Source: Tubulanus polymorphus
Lineage: Eukaryota; Animalia; Nemertea
Reading direction: 5' to 3'
Length of the DNA stretch: 64,000 nucleotides
NCBI RefSeq assembly: GCF_964204645.1
Contig: NC_134029.1
Span: 3,782,001-3,846,000, forward strand
The stretch's first letter is position 1; the number at the start of each line of letters is the position of its first letter. The position numbers and the translations under genes are program-made. Shown piece by piece: positions 24,601 to 40,379 of the stretch. Under the pieces are notes generated by a model that was not told where the DNA came from, did not search any database, and saw only the letters and a program-made list of their open reading frames with translations.

Positions 24601-27600
24601 AAATGTAGCGAATCTTCAGACATTTTTATGTCAGCGCGTTTCAGACCTCCATATCCTTGGTTTAGGTGCTTGTTTATATTATGTCACCTCAGAATATCGG
24701 TGAAAGTGAAACATGTTTTTTTTATGGCGAAAGTACTAGAAATGTTGGAGCATTCCCATGTGGCATAAGTGAAATCATAGACTATCGAAAGAAAATTTCT
24801 ACAGTCGATGGTGAAAGATTATGGCGAGTATTTGTGAGTAAAGTTCTCGATACTTCATGCCCTATCCAGCCATCTATAAAATCCCAACTTTTAGCCCTGC
24901 AAATATTTGATTCCTTCTTTCTACATCTTTTTAAAGCATGTACCATGAAACGAGTCTATGTTTAAAGCGATGACCACATCACAGCCTGCAACGATTAGTT
25001 TAATGAAGGGTCCATGAAATTTCACTATCAATCTGTCTGTTTGAAAATTAATTCGTTTTCATGTATATGTTTAACTCAGGCGTCAAACCTGGGTTCTAGT
25101 GATTGAATAAATTTTGACAGGGGCCAATGAAATATGTTAATGAATTGTCTATGACTTTTATCAGCGCTTAGTTAATTGCGTTGTACGTTCTGAGATTTGT
25201 TGAGGAAATGTTAATAAAGTGCATCATAGAAATGCAAAAGTATACCTGTACGGATATTGCTCTAACTCACCGTCGCACGAGAAGTAGCTAGCGCTAGCAA
25301 TATGAATATTGTCGGGTTTTCTGAAGAGATCACTTTATAGTTGTAATCAATTAAGTTGCGAGTCTTTGAGAACTGGGAATAAGTGGGAGGAAACATATCA
25401 AATATAATTGATTTTCTGTCATTTTCGTTTAAATCGAACAGTTTTCTATCAAGAGCAATATCCGCGGAAGAAAGTTAATCCTGAAACTACGGCCCGAATT
25501 CATGGCGCTAAAGTGGAGCAACAGTAGTTGCACTCAACACACCTTCAGCAACCTGACGGTTCAACGCGCCTTCGTCTACGGCTAGTAAACCGGAACTTTC
25601 GCAACTGTGACGTATATCATTACCAAAACAAAATATATATATATACTATTATTACTATTTTTGGCAAAAAGCTGGAAGAATAAATGAATGTAATCGTTTA
25701 CCTTTGAAAATGAATAGTATTCAAGTTCCCGATAAGATCAATAAACCGGGGCTTCTACAAAATATGGTACAGCAAAATGATAACGTTTGACCCCTTAAAG
25801 GGCAAGCTCTACCTGTGATTAGCATAACAGGTCGGCTCGATATATTTGTATGTTCTCTCTCGCACATCACCAGATCTGGTGGTCGAAAAAATGATGATGT
25901 GTGGAAAATACGTTTGTGATATTATATGAAAATGAAGATTATTGTTTGTATCGCAAGTGCAAAGTCCACTCGCCATTTATTCAGCATATCATATTTCAGA
26001 TATAAAATAATTAATTGCGCTTCTTAATGTATCGTAGTTATTCCAATGATTAAAGAATCAACAAAAAAAATCTTTGATTTTCATTTCCGAGTATGGATTG
26101 CGTAATGTAAAACAAGTATATGAGAGTAACGCTTAGATACTGATAGAAGTACTCTTTGTCAACTGAAGTGGAATTATCTACATTGACAAATGATATCATT
26201 GAATCCATTTACCGCAATATAAATTTAATAGGACTCTCCCCCCATGTGACATGTATTTTCCGATGCTAAATATAGATATCTTGTTTCCGCACTGTCCGTC
26301 TCAGACTCCATCAACTCATCGACTGAATACTGACCAACGCTTCCGACGCTTTTAGTGCTTATTAAAGAAACCTTACGGACATCGAGAATAGGGCGTTGTT
26401 CCCGAAGACCTACTCACATTATAAGGAACGGTCATATTTCAGTGTTTCTTGAACATAACGGATTAATCTCGTGCAATTCAAGTAACTCGAGTTGTCTAAA
26501 AGCATGCTGTGATTTTTATTTTTCGTTTTAGATAATACCTCGGTTAGGTCGACACGTTGACAGAGTGTTTCAATCGTTCGATCATTACCGACCTATATTC
26601 ATACATAGGTCACGACTGGCATTGCCTAATGAAGTCAATAGCGATTGTCAATCAAGAATTAAAGAGAACCGCCATGGAGAAATTGGCAATTTTAGGCAGC
26701 CAGTTCTGTAGTGAATTGGTTTAGTTGAAGTAGCTGATTGATGGCATGTTGGTTATCTGATACGTAATCACCAGTCTGCCGTAATGAATCAATGACCATA
26801 TCGCATGTCGTCAATAGAAAGCTTTATACTTACTTTTCATCGCTCATATTCTCAAACATTGTCTCTTACAAAATCAAAACGAAAAATATGCACGCGGCAC
26901 AATGGCCGACTGTCTTGTCCTGCTTATTTCGGGCGGAGATTCTCTAAATGAGAGAATGTAATCGAACTGATAAGACAAAAACGTGATATCCGATGTTTTG
27001 TTTTTTAATGAAAAACGATTAGACTACAGTTCGCCATTGTAGGCTGCGTGCGCACAGAGCCAGACTGTTCAGATCAGTAAATAAACAACTTCTTTTCTAT
27101 ACGCGCGCAGTTCAAGTTCTGTCGTTTTTCCATTAATTTCTGTAATTGACGTGCGGCTGTGAGATTCGTATCAATTTTTCTTTCCTACAAACACACTATT
27201 ATGCGCCAGTTCTCGCAATGGAAATACTAAGACGGGTATAATGAACTCACACCGCGTTTAAACATTCAGATTGTCTTCGATAGATCAAGCCGAGCAGAGC
27301 AGACTGTCAAAGCGTTCAATCATTCCGTTTTCCATCCGTGACTTCATTACGATATTTCTCAGCCTTTATACTTAATACGTATGTAAAAAAAGATGTCATA
27401 CGGCCTCAGTTCGTCTTAATGACTTCGTGCGCAACCAACGCGCTGAACTAGATTCACCGTACCGAAAATTATTAATCATATAACGTAATAAACGAGTTGG
27501 TTGAAATCTAAGGATGGGACGCAATCCTCGGAGGGTAGTTTCACGGAGCTCCTCTCTCTCTCTCACTCACTCGCTCTCTCTGCAGCAAGTTTTGTTTTGT

Positions 27601-29036
27601 GATTAATGAAGGTTTTCGTCGGTGATTAATGAATTTGTGATCTGCAAACATTACGTTCTATTAATTAAGCGGGATTCTATCTGTTTGATTCATTATCGGT
27701 ATCGACGGTTTAATACCCCCAGCAGACTGTCTGTGGTTGTTTGAGTCTGGCGGTTTCATTTCGAGACCCGCGTATTGATACCGCAGCCGACCGTATATAG
27801 TACCCGGCTCCCGGCGAAAAAAAAATTAGTGAAATCATCGTTTTAAAAATAGCAATCTACAGCGTACTACATCCACGTGAGAGCGCATCCTGTGGGTATT
27901 CCGCGTTTTACAGCGCGCCAATTGATGTCAATTGATGTCTCACGGAGATGATTTAGCCCAGGTCAAACTCTCCTCGATCGGACCCGAGTCAAATCGGCCC
28001 GTGCGTTCACGTGTAAACCACTCGCTCGTTACTGAAATGCTGTTGAGACGATACCGTGGCAAGCGAGGTGACCTAATTCCCGAACTAAAAGGTTGGTGCG
28101 GGCCTGGGCCAAATTTTTTTTTGGCCTAGACACTTTGGCCAAACAAAAATGGGGAAATACTTTTGTTTTTCGTGCTGCAGCAAAGGAGAACGCTATGAAA
28201 ATACCGAAATATATCAAAATTAGTTCTAAGATTTTGAGATGTGAACAGATTTCCCATCTATAGACGTCACGACTAAGAATTTCTTAAAATTTCAGAAGCC
28301 GTCGTGAAGAGATACGAACATGTCGAACATGTGAAGCACATCTCGGACTAGATCTGAGAAACCTCATACACATTCTCAATATTGACAGTTATTAAAGAAT
28401 GTTTTATGATTGCTGTCATTTTGTTGCTTATGTTAAAACGTGTCGACGCATATAACAAGTGACATTTACACAATACATTTCTTATAACGCGCATTCTGTT
28501 TACTTGATATTAAATCTCTTTCGGAGAATTATTCGTCGTCCGTCGAAACTTTTATCTGCTATACAAGAGTGTCGAATTGCCCCTCAACATCACCCCTTGA
28601 ACCTGTTACTTATTACGGAAATATCGGGAAAGGATGTGGCGGCGGCGGCGCACGCGTCGTCGATATTGTTTCAAAACGAGAACCTAAAACCTGTGTGATT
28701 CGACCAATCGGAGTGCAGGAACTGTGGCCTTGACCTTGTCCTCTGCGGCTTCCGCGCAAGAATCCATTGCCCTACTTTCACGGACTTGAAATCATTCAAC
28801 TTTCGTAGATTTTTTATAATCAGGGCAATATTTCTGCCTCGGAAGGAAGATTCATTGAAAACCATTGTTTCTCATTTTCCGTTTTGGGACAGACCTCATA
28901 GTTCGTTTGACCTTCTGTGTCTGGAGACTTGCCGTACGTCACAACAAAAGATGAAATGATCATTTACGAATTTCTGGATTTGTCGTGTAAATTATTTATC
29001 GTGTTTGACAGTCGATCAATATGGCATCATCACCTG

Positions 29037-29174
29037 GGGCCAGTTGCATAGTCATGGCTTAGACTTAAGACCAGTCTAAGACCAACTTCGTTCTATAGCC
29101 AATCTAACAACTTGAGACCAGTCTTCAGATTTAAGACCAATCATGGACTTAAGTCACAACTGTGCAACTGGCCC
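29037..29174. mobile_element. Complete 138-bp MITE, PIF/Harbinger-like
   Basis: TIR gggccagttgca / tgcaactggccc (12 bp perfect, extending imperfectly to about 25 bp). 3-bp direct repeat CTG on both sides (29034-29036, 29175-29177). Internal agacca sub-repeats; no ORF. Confidence 0.85.
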
Positions 29175-32100
29175 CTGAAGAAATGGCTGACACGAGCTCT
29201 GTTTAGAGTGAATTTTGGTTGACCCTTAAAAGCACTTGATAACAAAAAGAGAAAACAATGTAAATCAGTAAGACGCTAGTTATATACTTGGTTCTCTATA
29301 AAACTGACCCTGATTTAGATAACGTGAATTCAATATGGAGAGTTATAGTGAAGACAAGCTTTTTTTGTCATCATCGTCACAAACTGAAGGATTTTTGGTA
29401 CAGCAGTTCAGTTCCTAATTACCGGATCTGTCGTGTGTAAAAGATTCATTCTTAAAAGTCTCTATAGATCCCGTCATTGACATCATCGAGCCGGAAACAC
29501 GTATTGGATGAAACGGAGATCCTGCCATTCATTTCAACTCTCCAATGATTAGTGTAATCTGTCAATACGATTGAGACCTCGTTGCAAAGAAAAACTGGAC
29601 AGAAAATTACACACTTATCTGTTGACTTCACGGAATGACAAATTATTTTCTTCAACTCCGCCGTGGAATCAGACACGAGTGATGCATTTCCTCTCTCGAA
29701 CTGAAGTTTAATTAAATTCAGTCGTTTTTTTTTCAATTACACTGTCCCGTGTACATCAAAACGTTTACTGGATGTTTATTGGTTCATCTTGTCTTTTATT
29801 AAATAGTTGAAAATTTTGCCCTATTATAAGCTGTCTTTCTGTAGTGTTACTATGGCAATCAGCCCGCAAGGTTGAGGATTTAGCCCCGAGGTATTTCGCA
29901 GTTCCATCTATCCCCCCTTAGGCTCACATCTTTTCTAAACAAGGAATACGAAAGTGAATTTACTCGACTATCTATATGACAAAACTCTCTAGACAACGAG
30001 AGGCAATTAAATTCTTGAATGCGTTAAATTTGAAAATCTTGACTCGGTTCTTTTTTTAAATGTAGAATATGCAATACCGAAGGAAAGTTCTTGCGAATGA
30101 GATTCCATTAAAATGAGTCGGTGATGTTGGAGAGCTCGGTTGAAATTCAGAATAACGTCAGTGCAGTGAACAGTAACTGACACTGTCTGTAACAAGGACA
30201 GTATGAATCAGTGGAGAGATGATAGAGTTCATTTCGATGCATTGGAACGTCACCCCCAGGGTTCGTTTCTCAGTGAGAGAGTAACTCAAATACCGCCATT
30301 CAATATCCACTGCCAGACATAACATTTGATTGTGTCATTAAAATGGAATGCGTGCTATTTAAAATGCGTAAATATCGCCGTCCGCGAACGCTCTTTCATT
30401 TTTCGTAGCTTCGTAATTGGTTAACGTTGTCATATAAGGAAAGAGTATTAGTATTCGTTCTGAAGTCGACTTATAGGTCCTTGATCGGATCATCTGATCT
30501 AGCGGATCGATAGGGGATCAGTTAAGAGAGATTCCGAAACGGACGTTTTTGAGGCTATAGTTGATTGGCAAGCAAAACGGATTGAAGTGAAGTCTCGTCG
30601 ATAATCTTAAGTGTTCTAATAATTGATAAGCGAAATTACGCCATCGAGTGCGCGCTTATGACTGACAGCACCGACAGTGTAAGTTAGAATGCAATTTAGA
30701 GTTTGAATAATAATGCAGAGAATGAACTTGTTTTGAGTCTGGTTAATTCTGCTGGGCTCACATCAATGATGAGTGATTCTCTAATAGAATTTCAGAAAAA
30801 AAACAACAAAATGAAGAAAATCTATCGGAGTATTTGACGACTCGAATTGGCCTGATTTTCACAGCAGCGGTGCTCTCAGTTCGGGCGCCTTGTGAACTGC
30901 ATCGAAAAATACCTCGTCGAAACGTCAAATACTCTCTAAGTTTGTCTCCATATTGTCGGTTTTCTTCAATCATATACACCAATAGTCAGTCAACAGAAAA
31001 AAAGAAACGAATATGAATCTCTGCTGGTAATGGTAATTTGGAAAGCCTTCGGGATACGTATGAATAATAAAGAAATACGCGTTTCATTTCATTACGCGTT
31101 CCTAAAATAGATTTTTTTCTGGAACGCTGTTCGAATTTGATCAGCAATATATTCATTCTCGGTAAAACTACAAAAGGCGTAGGCTTTCATTCGAAGTGAC
31201 GGGGTCTGTTTCATTCGAAAGTGCCAACGATTTTTACTATGTATACGCTTACGGGTATATTGTGTATGTAACGATGATTTGAGCTCGATGTAGGCGTACT
31301 ACCATTCTCTCGCATTTGACATTTTATTTGCGATTGATTGTTTTCGACATTTTATTGGCTGGAAAATGGCCTTAGAGACCTTCAATGACTAATTCAATTT
31401 TGATTTGCTTAGTATTTTTTCAAACGGACCAGCGATACTTGAAACTACTCTGTAACGTAAACGTGTTAAGGGCATTTGTATTTAGTGCGAAGTGAATTAA
31501 GCGTAGTCAAAGATAGAAAATTCCTTGAAATTGTTGCGAGTACACATATCATTGACATACAAATATAAGAACGATTTCAAAATCAAAATCACGTATGAAG
31601 TAATGTGGAAGAAGTACTTCGTGAATTCATGAAGGACGTTATTCCACTTTTGCGATGAAAGTTTGTCAAATTAAACTTTAAATTCGGGGTTAAGAACTAT
31701 AGCGTGATAAAGAACTTGACAAACGTGTTACGTACCTGGGTGATTGTGTCTTATGTATATATATATGGACTCGTGTGAATATCTGCAATGACAAGGACAA
31801 GGAAAAATACGTGAGATGAGCGGTTATAAGCTTTCAAGAACTGTGATCTGGCGCATATAGCGACGTCGAGCTGTTATGTCGTGGCACGCATACCGCCACT
31901 AATCATCTGTAATCTATCTGTGGATGCCATTTTGTCGCAGGAAATTGATACGTTCGAAGCCTCTTTGCCATTTAAGCCACGAACGTGGTAATAAATTAAT
32001 AATCCGGAGACAAAAGTTTATTATTATTTTGTCAGTTTGATTGATACGCGAATGTCATTTCAATGCGGGTTAAAAGTGCGGCATCGGATTGCTGCAGCTG

Positions 32101-32205
32101 CTGCTGTTACTGCTTTTGAATTGGGCGATTTCTATTTCAAAACTCGATTATTTTCGCTCATTTTCATCTTTTTGCATAACGAGTTAAACAAACCCCGGAT
32201 TTACC

Positions 32206-32333
32206 TTCAAGGCTAGTTTTCGCGAGCGGTTTTCAACCGGCAATTTCCTGCTGAGAAATGTAGCAATAAATTCGACCTGCTCGCGGCGAGCGGAAAACCC
32301 TAGCCGGAATCCGCTCGTAAAAACCGGCTTGAA
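32206..32333. mobile_element. Degenerate inverted-repeat element (MITE-like relic)
   Basis: Left ttcaaggctagttttcgcgagcgg versus reverse complement of the right end ttcaagccggtttttacgagcgg. Confidence 0.5.
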
Positions 32334-35300
32334 AGTTTCGCAAAGCGTACGAACGGATGGCTGCCTTTTGTTGAAATTATCGTCGAGTAATTTTTTTTCA
32401 CGCGATATAAGATTTCCCCGATGACTTGCGCAAACTATCTAGATATCGGTAACTGATCAGTGTTTGCTATAGGTTTAATTCCCCTTGTGGTAACGAAGCG
32501 GACAGAAATTGACTCTTAACCAATGCGTACATTTTCTTTTGTTATTCATATCCGCGTATCGATGATAAAAAGGTAATACGTTTGCGCGGCGGCGAATTGG
32601 GGCTAAGCTGGCGAAAAACCCTTTTGTGATTGCCATCGACCGTGATCAAAAGTGGTCATCGTTTCACCTGGGGAATGGATGTTTTCCCGTTTACCGGATG
32701 AAACAGATTATTGCGATGACGTCCGATGATGTCGACGCCAGACTGGAGAGCAGTATACTCGCGTAATCGACGCAGTTTCGATTATCAATCGTCTCGGAAT
32801 ATTGGAAACGCGTCTGACGATTTTTCTCTGCTGTTCGCGTCGCCGTCGCCGCCGGATTTGAACGTATAAATGCGAAATTGCGATGGTGAGCATTCGTTTA
32901 AAATCCGATTTGGTAAGAGAGCCCGCGCGCTTAGCGTTCACCGGTTCAGGTGCTCGCCTTTTTTAAAATCGTCAATTCCTAAGCTTCCTGAAAATTGAAA
33001 TTCTGCGTTCGAGCGAGCGACATTTTTTAAATCAGATGACGCAATCAATTCGGAATGGTATAGCGCGATTCTAGATGAAATATGAGGTCGTTTTACGGTA
33101 GGGATTGATTCATGAGTATGTGATGATATTCAGCATAAAATAGACATTATACGCATGATACCGAAGCAGAGAAGGACGGTGGAGAATTTTTCCGAATTTT
33201 GAATAATTTTACGAATTTTAGTATCACATACCGGGTAACGCCAAGTTTTAATTGGCGAACATGAATTATGAATTACTGCAATCATGATGAATGCAGCTGC
33301 GTCAGTATGAAAAACGTGCTGTTTATGGTGAACTATCTATCACTCATCCTGACTTTCAGCGATCAAGTTCACTATTTTATTTCGGCAGTAAACTGAAAAC
33401 CAGTAAAACGAATTCGTCGCTCATTAATATAGTGGGCAAGTCGCAGCTGTATTTGGGAAGCGTAAAGAATATATATTATTACAGTAGATATTATCGCTTG
33501 AAAAGGTTCACGGGATGCCATTTCTCTCGTAGCTTACTGAAATGAGATCATGTTTTCGCGCTGTTTACTTAGTATAAGTTACGAACTGATTATGACTGCA
33601 GACGTGACTGATGGCGTTGTCTATTTTGAAAAATGGATAATAACCGCCTAATCTCGTGGCTCGATATGACTGAATTATTCCAAGGTAAATAAGACCCTCA
33701 TTGTGCAATCTCATAACTGTCGGTCTTTATTAGCCCTCTTTCGATAGAAAAATTTGCTGTATGTTTTTGCACCCAGCGAGGAATACATTTCCTGAATAGA
33801 AAGGAGCGTTTATTGAATAAAAATGTTCGGATAGCTGACAGCGGTTCGCGTCTCTCCGGAGAAAGCCTAATTCATTTCACTTCACACTTCACACTTTACT
33901 ATCGATGCATTTTTACAGTAGTTGAAATAACGAGTCAAAAAATCTCATTAGATTTTTGTAAAATATCTTAATTCCGATCTTTAAGCTGCAGGAATGCGGT
34001 GCCAAACGTTGAAATAGCTAACCTCCTTTAAAGTTGCTCTCAAGCCCAACGCACACGATGCAGGAAACAACGGAATCAAACATGTTTTCCGTGTTTCCTT
34101 GCGTCGTGCGCGTTGGGCTGAAGCTACACTGAGCTCAGTGAATCTGTCTTGGTGACCAGTCCTGAATGCATCGTCAGAAATTCAATCTCCGACCTCTTCA
34201 AACTATAGATAATGCATTTGGAAACAAACGTCTGGTGCGTAAGCAGCTTAATAGGGTTTCTGTCCGGAATATAACTAACACGAGCAACGACGTCATTAGG
34301 CCGAAAACAATTGGAAAACTGATACATCGAAACATCGTCGCTGTAAAACAACCGGCAAATTACTGCGTGGTGGATTATTTTCACGATTTAACCGCTGTTT
34401 ATTGCAGAGGATATCGGCCAACAACGAACAGAGCGAGTTACTTCATTGGGGCGCTAATCTCTCTCTGTGTCTGCCCTCACTGTGATGAATATATATCACT
34501 AATCAAAGAGAGGAAATGCAAGAGAGAATTCGTTCGGCCGGTTCTTTCAATGCGGCCCGTATCTATACGTCTACGCGATAGAGATATTGGTCACTGTTTT
34601 ACTGATGATTGCTTTCTGCTTCTTTCCAATAAAAACCCAATTAATTCGATATATTGAACGTATATTGTTCGCGTGAAGTTTTTTTCCATACGATTTGCAC
34701 CAAGCAAACCGCACTCGTTGACGTCCTGGGTGACATTTACCTGTAGTTCTGTTTCTTTTTTCCCCGGTGAACTGACTTCTGGAATAAGCGAGCGATTCTG
34801 CAAATAATGCCTTGCAGGATCTGGTTGCGATATACGGTAACCGCAGCAGAAGTATGCCCTTGGGTCTGAATTGTCTTATTGATGAGGCTCAGTCGTCACA
34901 GGCGCTCCCCTTACCTCCCGGGGTAGCGTAGAGACCCCGCCACATTTACGATACTCGTTCAAATAGGTATAGACTCATGATATGGATATATAGATTACGG
35001 TAATTTTGAAGATACCTATATAATGTTACCATCCCGCATTGTAAATTGACTAAAAGGTTTAGTGAAATATATAGAAATATTTTGGGACCACCCTTCATCG
35101 GTCATCTTCACGGACGAATGATGGTAGTACCCAACTTGTTAGTCAGAGTTTACGGGATTTTGCGTTTTATCACCACATAACGGATGTATTGCGATTTCGA
35201 GGGTTTCAACGTGCGCTGAACATGCGTTGGTTCTTTTGAACAACGTCCGAGAAAATGCCACATGTAGCGCTGTTTATCGCTGATGATGACGACGAAGTGC

Positions 35301-38300
35301 GTAAGAGTTATTGCCGGGACTAGGATACGATACGCGCATTCACTCGCTGTCGGTTGAGTTTGAAAATCAAATCGTCGTCGGAGATTTGATTTCGACCGTA
35401 CTCGACAACGACATACACCAGCGTAATATAAAGCATCGATTTTCCTGTCGAAAAAATTAATCGCCGAAGCATTGAGAGAATATTGTTCGAGCGTACATCG
35501 ATTATAGTAAACTGCTTAAAGATGGCGCCGAATCTCTATAGATGCGACGGTAGATATACCGTATACTGAAAAGCGCTCGCGATGTGTAATCAAGTGATAG
35601 CCTTGCCACAGCCGATGGGTTGCGACCAGATATCTATCCTTGCGCAGACATACCCCGCGGATATCACACCTTTTAAAGTAATGCGGAGTCTGGTGATAAT
35701 TATTTCCCCGCAGCGCGAATCTATCTAGATTAAATGTAATCGGGTGCGCTATAGACCACGGCTGTTGTTTTCTCTTCATATTACGCGTTCGTTCTGGTAA
35801 TAATTTATTTCACGGTGTTTTTTGTCACGACGGAAGGAAAGACGCCGGTGCTGCGCGTTATAACTCCATTAATGACACAATCAAAAGTTAGAAATCTTAT
35901 CAAGTGCCAAGTTCCGTTTATTTAATGTGTCGCAGGAACAAGTTTCCAGGGCTATGAGAGTGTTGAATTAAGCGTGCGTGTAAAAAGTTGAACCGTCAGC
36001 TTCTCGGTAGAAAACGCTAAGACACTGAATTTTTAATAAAAATTTGCATCTCCAATTTACGGCACGTGGCTCAAACGATTCCCCAGGAACGCCAGACTCG
36101 TCAAGATGTTGCGAGGGCATCACTGAATCTATATAAATCCCCATCCCTCTTGATCTGAAGGTAGGAGTCAGCGACCACCAATCTACCAACTTGATGAAAT
36201 AACAGTAGCGCGTGACTGGCTTACCGATATTTTTCAACTTTTCAATTGTTCTTAGCATAAGTATTCTATAAGTTATGGTTTAGAGCTTACGTCTTAGGAT
36301 TGTAAAACGAGCTCGGTTGAGACTTGTTTTGTCGGGGCCGCTGCGTGTCCGGGTCCAGCTTAAAATTTCCGTCTCATTTCATTTCAACTTAATGTTACAT
36401 CTATCGCTAAAGATGATAATAACGTTTTCAATTTTCCCTTGGACTTTGATGCTTGCATAATTGTAGCAGCGACACTCTCGTCTTCATCCGTTTTGGAAAA
36501 CGTCAACAACTCCTTGACGACAACATCGATTCTCTTCCAGTAGGCATCAGTGACGAAACAAACCTCGCAACACGAACGACAAAAAAACTTTGGAATTTTG
36601 CATTTCTTCAACTAAAGCAGCTGTATGCATTGCGTCGCGATCGGGGATCGAGTGAAATGAAATTGTTGCCGGAGTGATCGAGATGGAGAATTCGTTCGTC
36701 GCAATTGTCTTCAATGACGAGTAGCCCAATCAAGTCGATTTCATGGTGTGTTTGATAAGGGGGAATCACATTACGGTTCTTCTTGCGTTAATGACGCGAG
36801 ATGAGCTATTGGAACTAACATCTAGCTTCCAATAGCCGGACGCATAGATACTAAAGCGAATCTGTTTTTGAGTAGGCAGGCCGGATGTGAAAAATAAAGA
36901 ATATCTGAATAGAAGTCATTTAACGGCTGAAATTTTAGATAGAGTCTGGGAATATAAGGGGTGGGTATGTGTCATGTTGCTGGGGAGTAGGTGTGCCCTT
37001 GGATTTCAACCATCCCCTCACAGCTATACACGACATAACGCCCTTCGCACCTTACATGGGTGGGATGGTTTCCATTTCAGATTTGCGTCTTGACATGACA
37101 CATACTTATTTCCTTGAAAGTTGAAAGTTAGACAAATAACTTGAAGGAAATGGAAAAATGAATACGTTGATACATATAACTATGGCAAGTAACACACCGA
37201 GTTCCCGACAACTATTCTTGTTTAAGAAATGAATAACCATAAAAACATGAAAAACCTACTAGTCTTAAGAATTCTAGAACGAATGGGCACATGTCGAAAC
37301 CGGCTAGTTCATTACCAAGTATTAAATCGTTGGTGTATAGAAGGGTGTTCAAATATGAAAAATATCAAATATATCAAATATGAGTAAAAATGTTTTCCAA
37401 GACTTCGCAAAGTGATGCGCTTATATTTTTGTCACAATATCATTAACAGCCCCCCTGCCTTTATAAAGTAGTAATCCGTACGCCTAACCTCTTCAAAGTT
37501 GAAATTTACATGTAACGAATCACAGTTCAGATGGTCAGGTCCATCCGGTTTGATCGCTTGGACTCGGTTTCTTTCAGTGATCCTCAGAGGTTCCATGTTG
37601 AATTTTACCGAGTTCACTAGTCTTCGAGTTACCAAGAGTCTTACCATATGTTCCAGTTAGGAATTAGGACCTGACGTTCTTAGATTACGGATTATCTTAC
37701 GGTATTTCGAATGCAATGCGTGCATGCATAGAAAGACACTTAAAACACTTGAATGTCGAAAGTGATATCTAGTTTCAGACTGGATACAGCTGTTTGCATG
37801 TCTATATCTTTGCGAATTCTCTCTTTTTTTTCGTGCTTTTTCCTCGTTTATCGAATTAACATTATGCGTGTTGTATATTAGCACCTTTTATCATATCGAA
37901 TCCCTTACAGATGACGTGCGAAGATGATTCTGCTTCATCGCAGGAAGTATACAAATCTCAGCCGTGTTTTAGCTTCGGTTGAATAAGAAAGAAAAAAAAA
38001 CCCGAGCCGGGATATAATTGGAATTATTTCGAATGGAAAACCACGAAATGAAATTGTGGGCGAAGATGAAAAATTATGCCTTCGCGACAGAAATGTAGAG
38101 CTCGAGGATGAAATTGCAAATTAGATCTTCTTGCAGTCTATTTCCTACAGCTAATTAGTCATGTTCTTTTAGTTTCAGTGGCAGTTGAAAAGATAACTAG
38201 ATTCGTGTCCCCAGGCCGTGTGTGTATCAACAACTGTCTCATTTGCTGCGGTCCTCGTCGTAAACAAGCTCAAACCAACAACGCGATTTGTATCAGTTCA

Positions 38301-40379
38301 ATCATCTCTCTATTCTGCGTCTAGTCGGTCTTATTAATCATAGCTTAGGTTCTTCGTATTGTCAGCCTTGATTTATCATCCTTTTTTATTCATTATCATA
38401 CGGCCATGTTGTGCATTCGTGGCCAACATGTTCCCCAAGTCCAGTCTAACCATATTCAGTCTTAACAACTTTTAAGATTGAAAACTTTTTGGATACATTT
38501 CTAAACTGCAACTAATTCCGCAAGGCTAAAATTGATTTTACCTTATTCAGCTAAAATGGCACTTGAGGATTTTTCTGGGATTTTTTGTATTTTTCAATTT
38601 GAGACATAATTATAACTGTAACTGAACCTCTGTGAGTCCTGTAGCTAATTATGTCACATATTAAGAACTTGACGAATTTTCGTCGAATAAATCAAATCTC
38701 TTTCCAATTATATGTTCAAATTTTCCAAGTATAAAATCGTGAATTTTCTGACTGGTAGAAATTGGGCTAGTTATGAAATTGAACATACCCGTACGTGTTA
38801 ACAAAATATACCCTGAAGGTGATATCGTACCAGTTTCTAGACTTGTATATATGCGCTTCAAAAATAGATACGAAAATATATATCTTTTTGATTGATCGAT
38901 CGCCAGTTAGCGTGAAATATACTTACTATATTGTTATTATGTTCGCCACCGGCATCGAAGGCAACGTATCATATGTTTCCGAGTAAATCTGAGTGTGATA
39001 TGTCAGTTTAAAATAGGGCTGATTTGTTGCCGCGTTACACCGCGCTACTGCGTGTATGTCCATCATTCTTATGATGTCTTGACGCATACGTTTATTCTCA
39101 TTAAATCTTACCCCAAATAGGATGCCACCGACATCGATTTTTAGGCGGGGTTCCTTTTTTCAATTTGGTCTTCACCATATTTTGATTGATACTGGGTTTT
39201 ATTCGAACAAATATTCGCTTGATCTCTAATAGCCGTATCGCATCGAATGTCATTTATCGAAATTATCGAATCGTTGACCCCCCAAAGGGCATACTAATTT
39301 TCATATCTGCAATTTCTCGATCGCCCCAAATGTCAAAATCACGAATAAACCCTATTTTCTGTATGCATTTTCTAATCTATATATGTATAATTTTTCAGAG
39401 AAAAAAACTGTTTTCAATGTTAGCCTCAAGCATCGAACATAAAAATATTTTTGCACGTTGCTACCTTTCTTTTAGAAAATGTTCTTCGTTGAAATAAATT
39501 GCATTTTTATTCTGCGTAAGATATATATCGATATTATATCTTGTCTCCGCGATGACGTTGGTGTGACGTCAAATTGCATTTTACTTAAATTTCATTTCGG
39601 CTGACGTCAAACGATTTCTTACTTAATAATATATTGCGGCTATTTTTTCTAAATACCGGGTCTCGTTTCTTTTCCCGATACGAAACATTTTGATGCCGGT
39701 AAAATCGCTGAAGGTACAAAACGAATTTAGAATTTGTATCGATTGCCGGAGCGCTTGTGTCTGCGCAGTGAGTAATGGTTTGTTTTAGGTGTGGCTCTCT
39801 TTCTGTTGCGTCTAGTTTCTGAGGCCTCGTAATTCTGTGCAATAATGTGATGCGATCTCTTCCTTTCCTGAAAAGGATGCGACAGTTTTTAGCGGCGTTT
39901 CTACCTACCTGGTAATTGGCTTAGTGTTACTTTTACCATTGAACTGCTAATGGCACTGCGGGCCTTTAGAGCGCTCGAAAGATATCAGAGGGGCGGTTTC
40001 CTTTAGAATTTTCATAAGACAATTGATCTTTCTGGTTTGCGTGCACAGATGATCCGTAACAATTCCCTAATACATCATCCGTGAATTGATGTTTTTACGA
40101 GTTTCTGTTTTTCTGAGCTATTCTAAATCGTAAATATTCTAGGATTGAAGCTCACCTAACTATTGATATTTGAAACAGTACGGAACAATAGCTTTCTCTT
40201 ATGCGAGACCAATGAAACCCTATTTTTGTAGGATCTCAATTTTCAAGTTTATTGTTCCGGAAAAAGATGTACTTTTTTCTGAGGACAACAAAACTATCAA
40301 TACCAAAGTTGGCAAAACTGCCATAACTAAAAAGCTAGGTTGCAGCAACATTGAATTTGAACAAACACCATTGAAAGTG

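Noticed and set aside
34166-34657. 163-aa ORF (and similar 137-157 aa ORFs at 53235, 53713, 59194)
   Set aside because: No recognisable domain or clear exon structure; lengths are compatible with chance ORFs in 50 kb of non-coding DNA.
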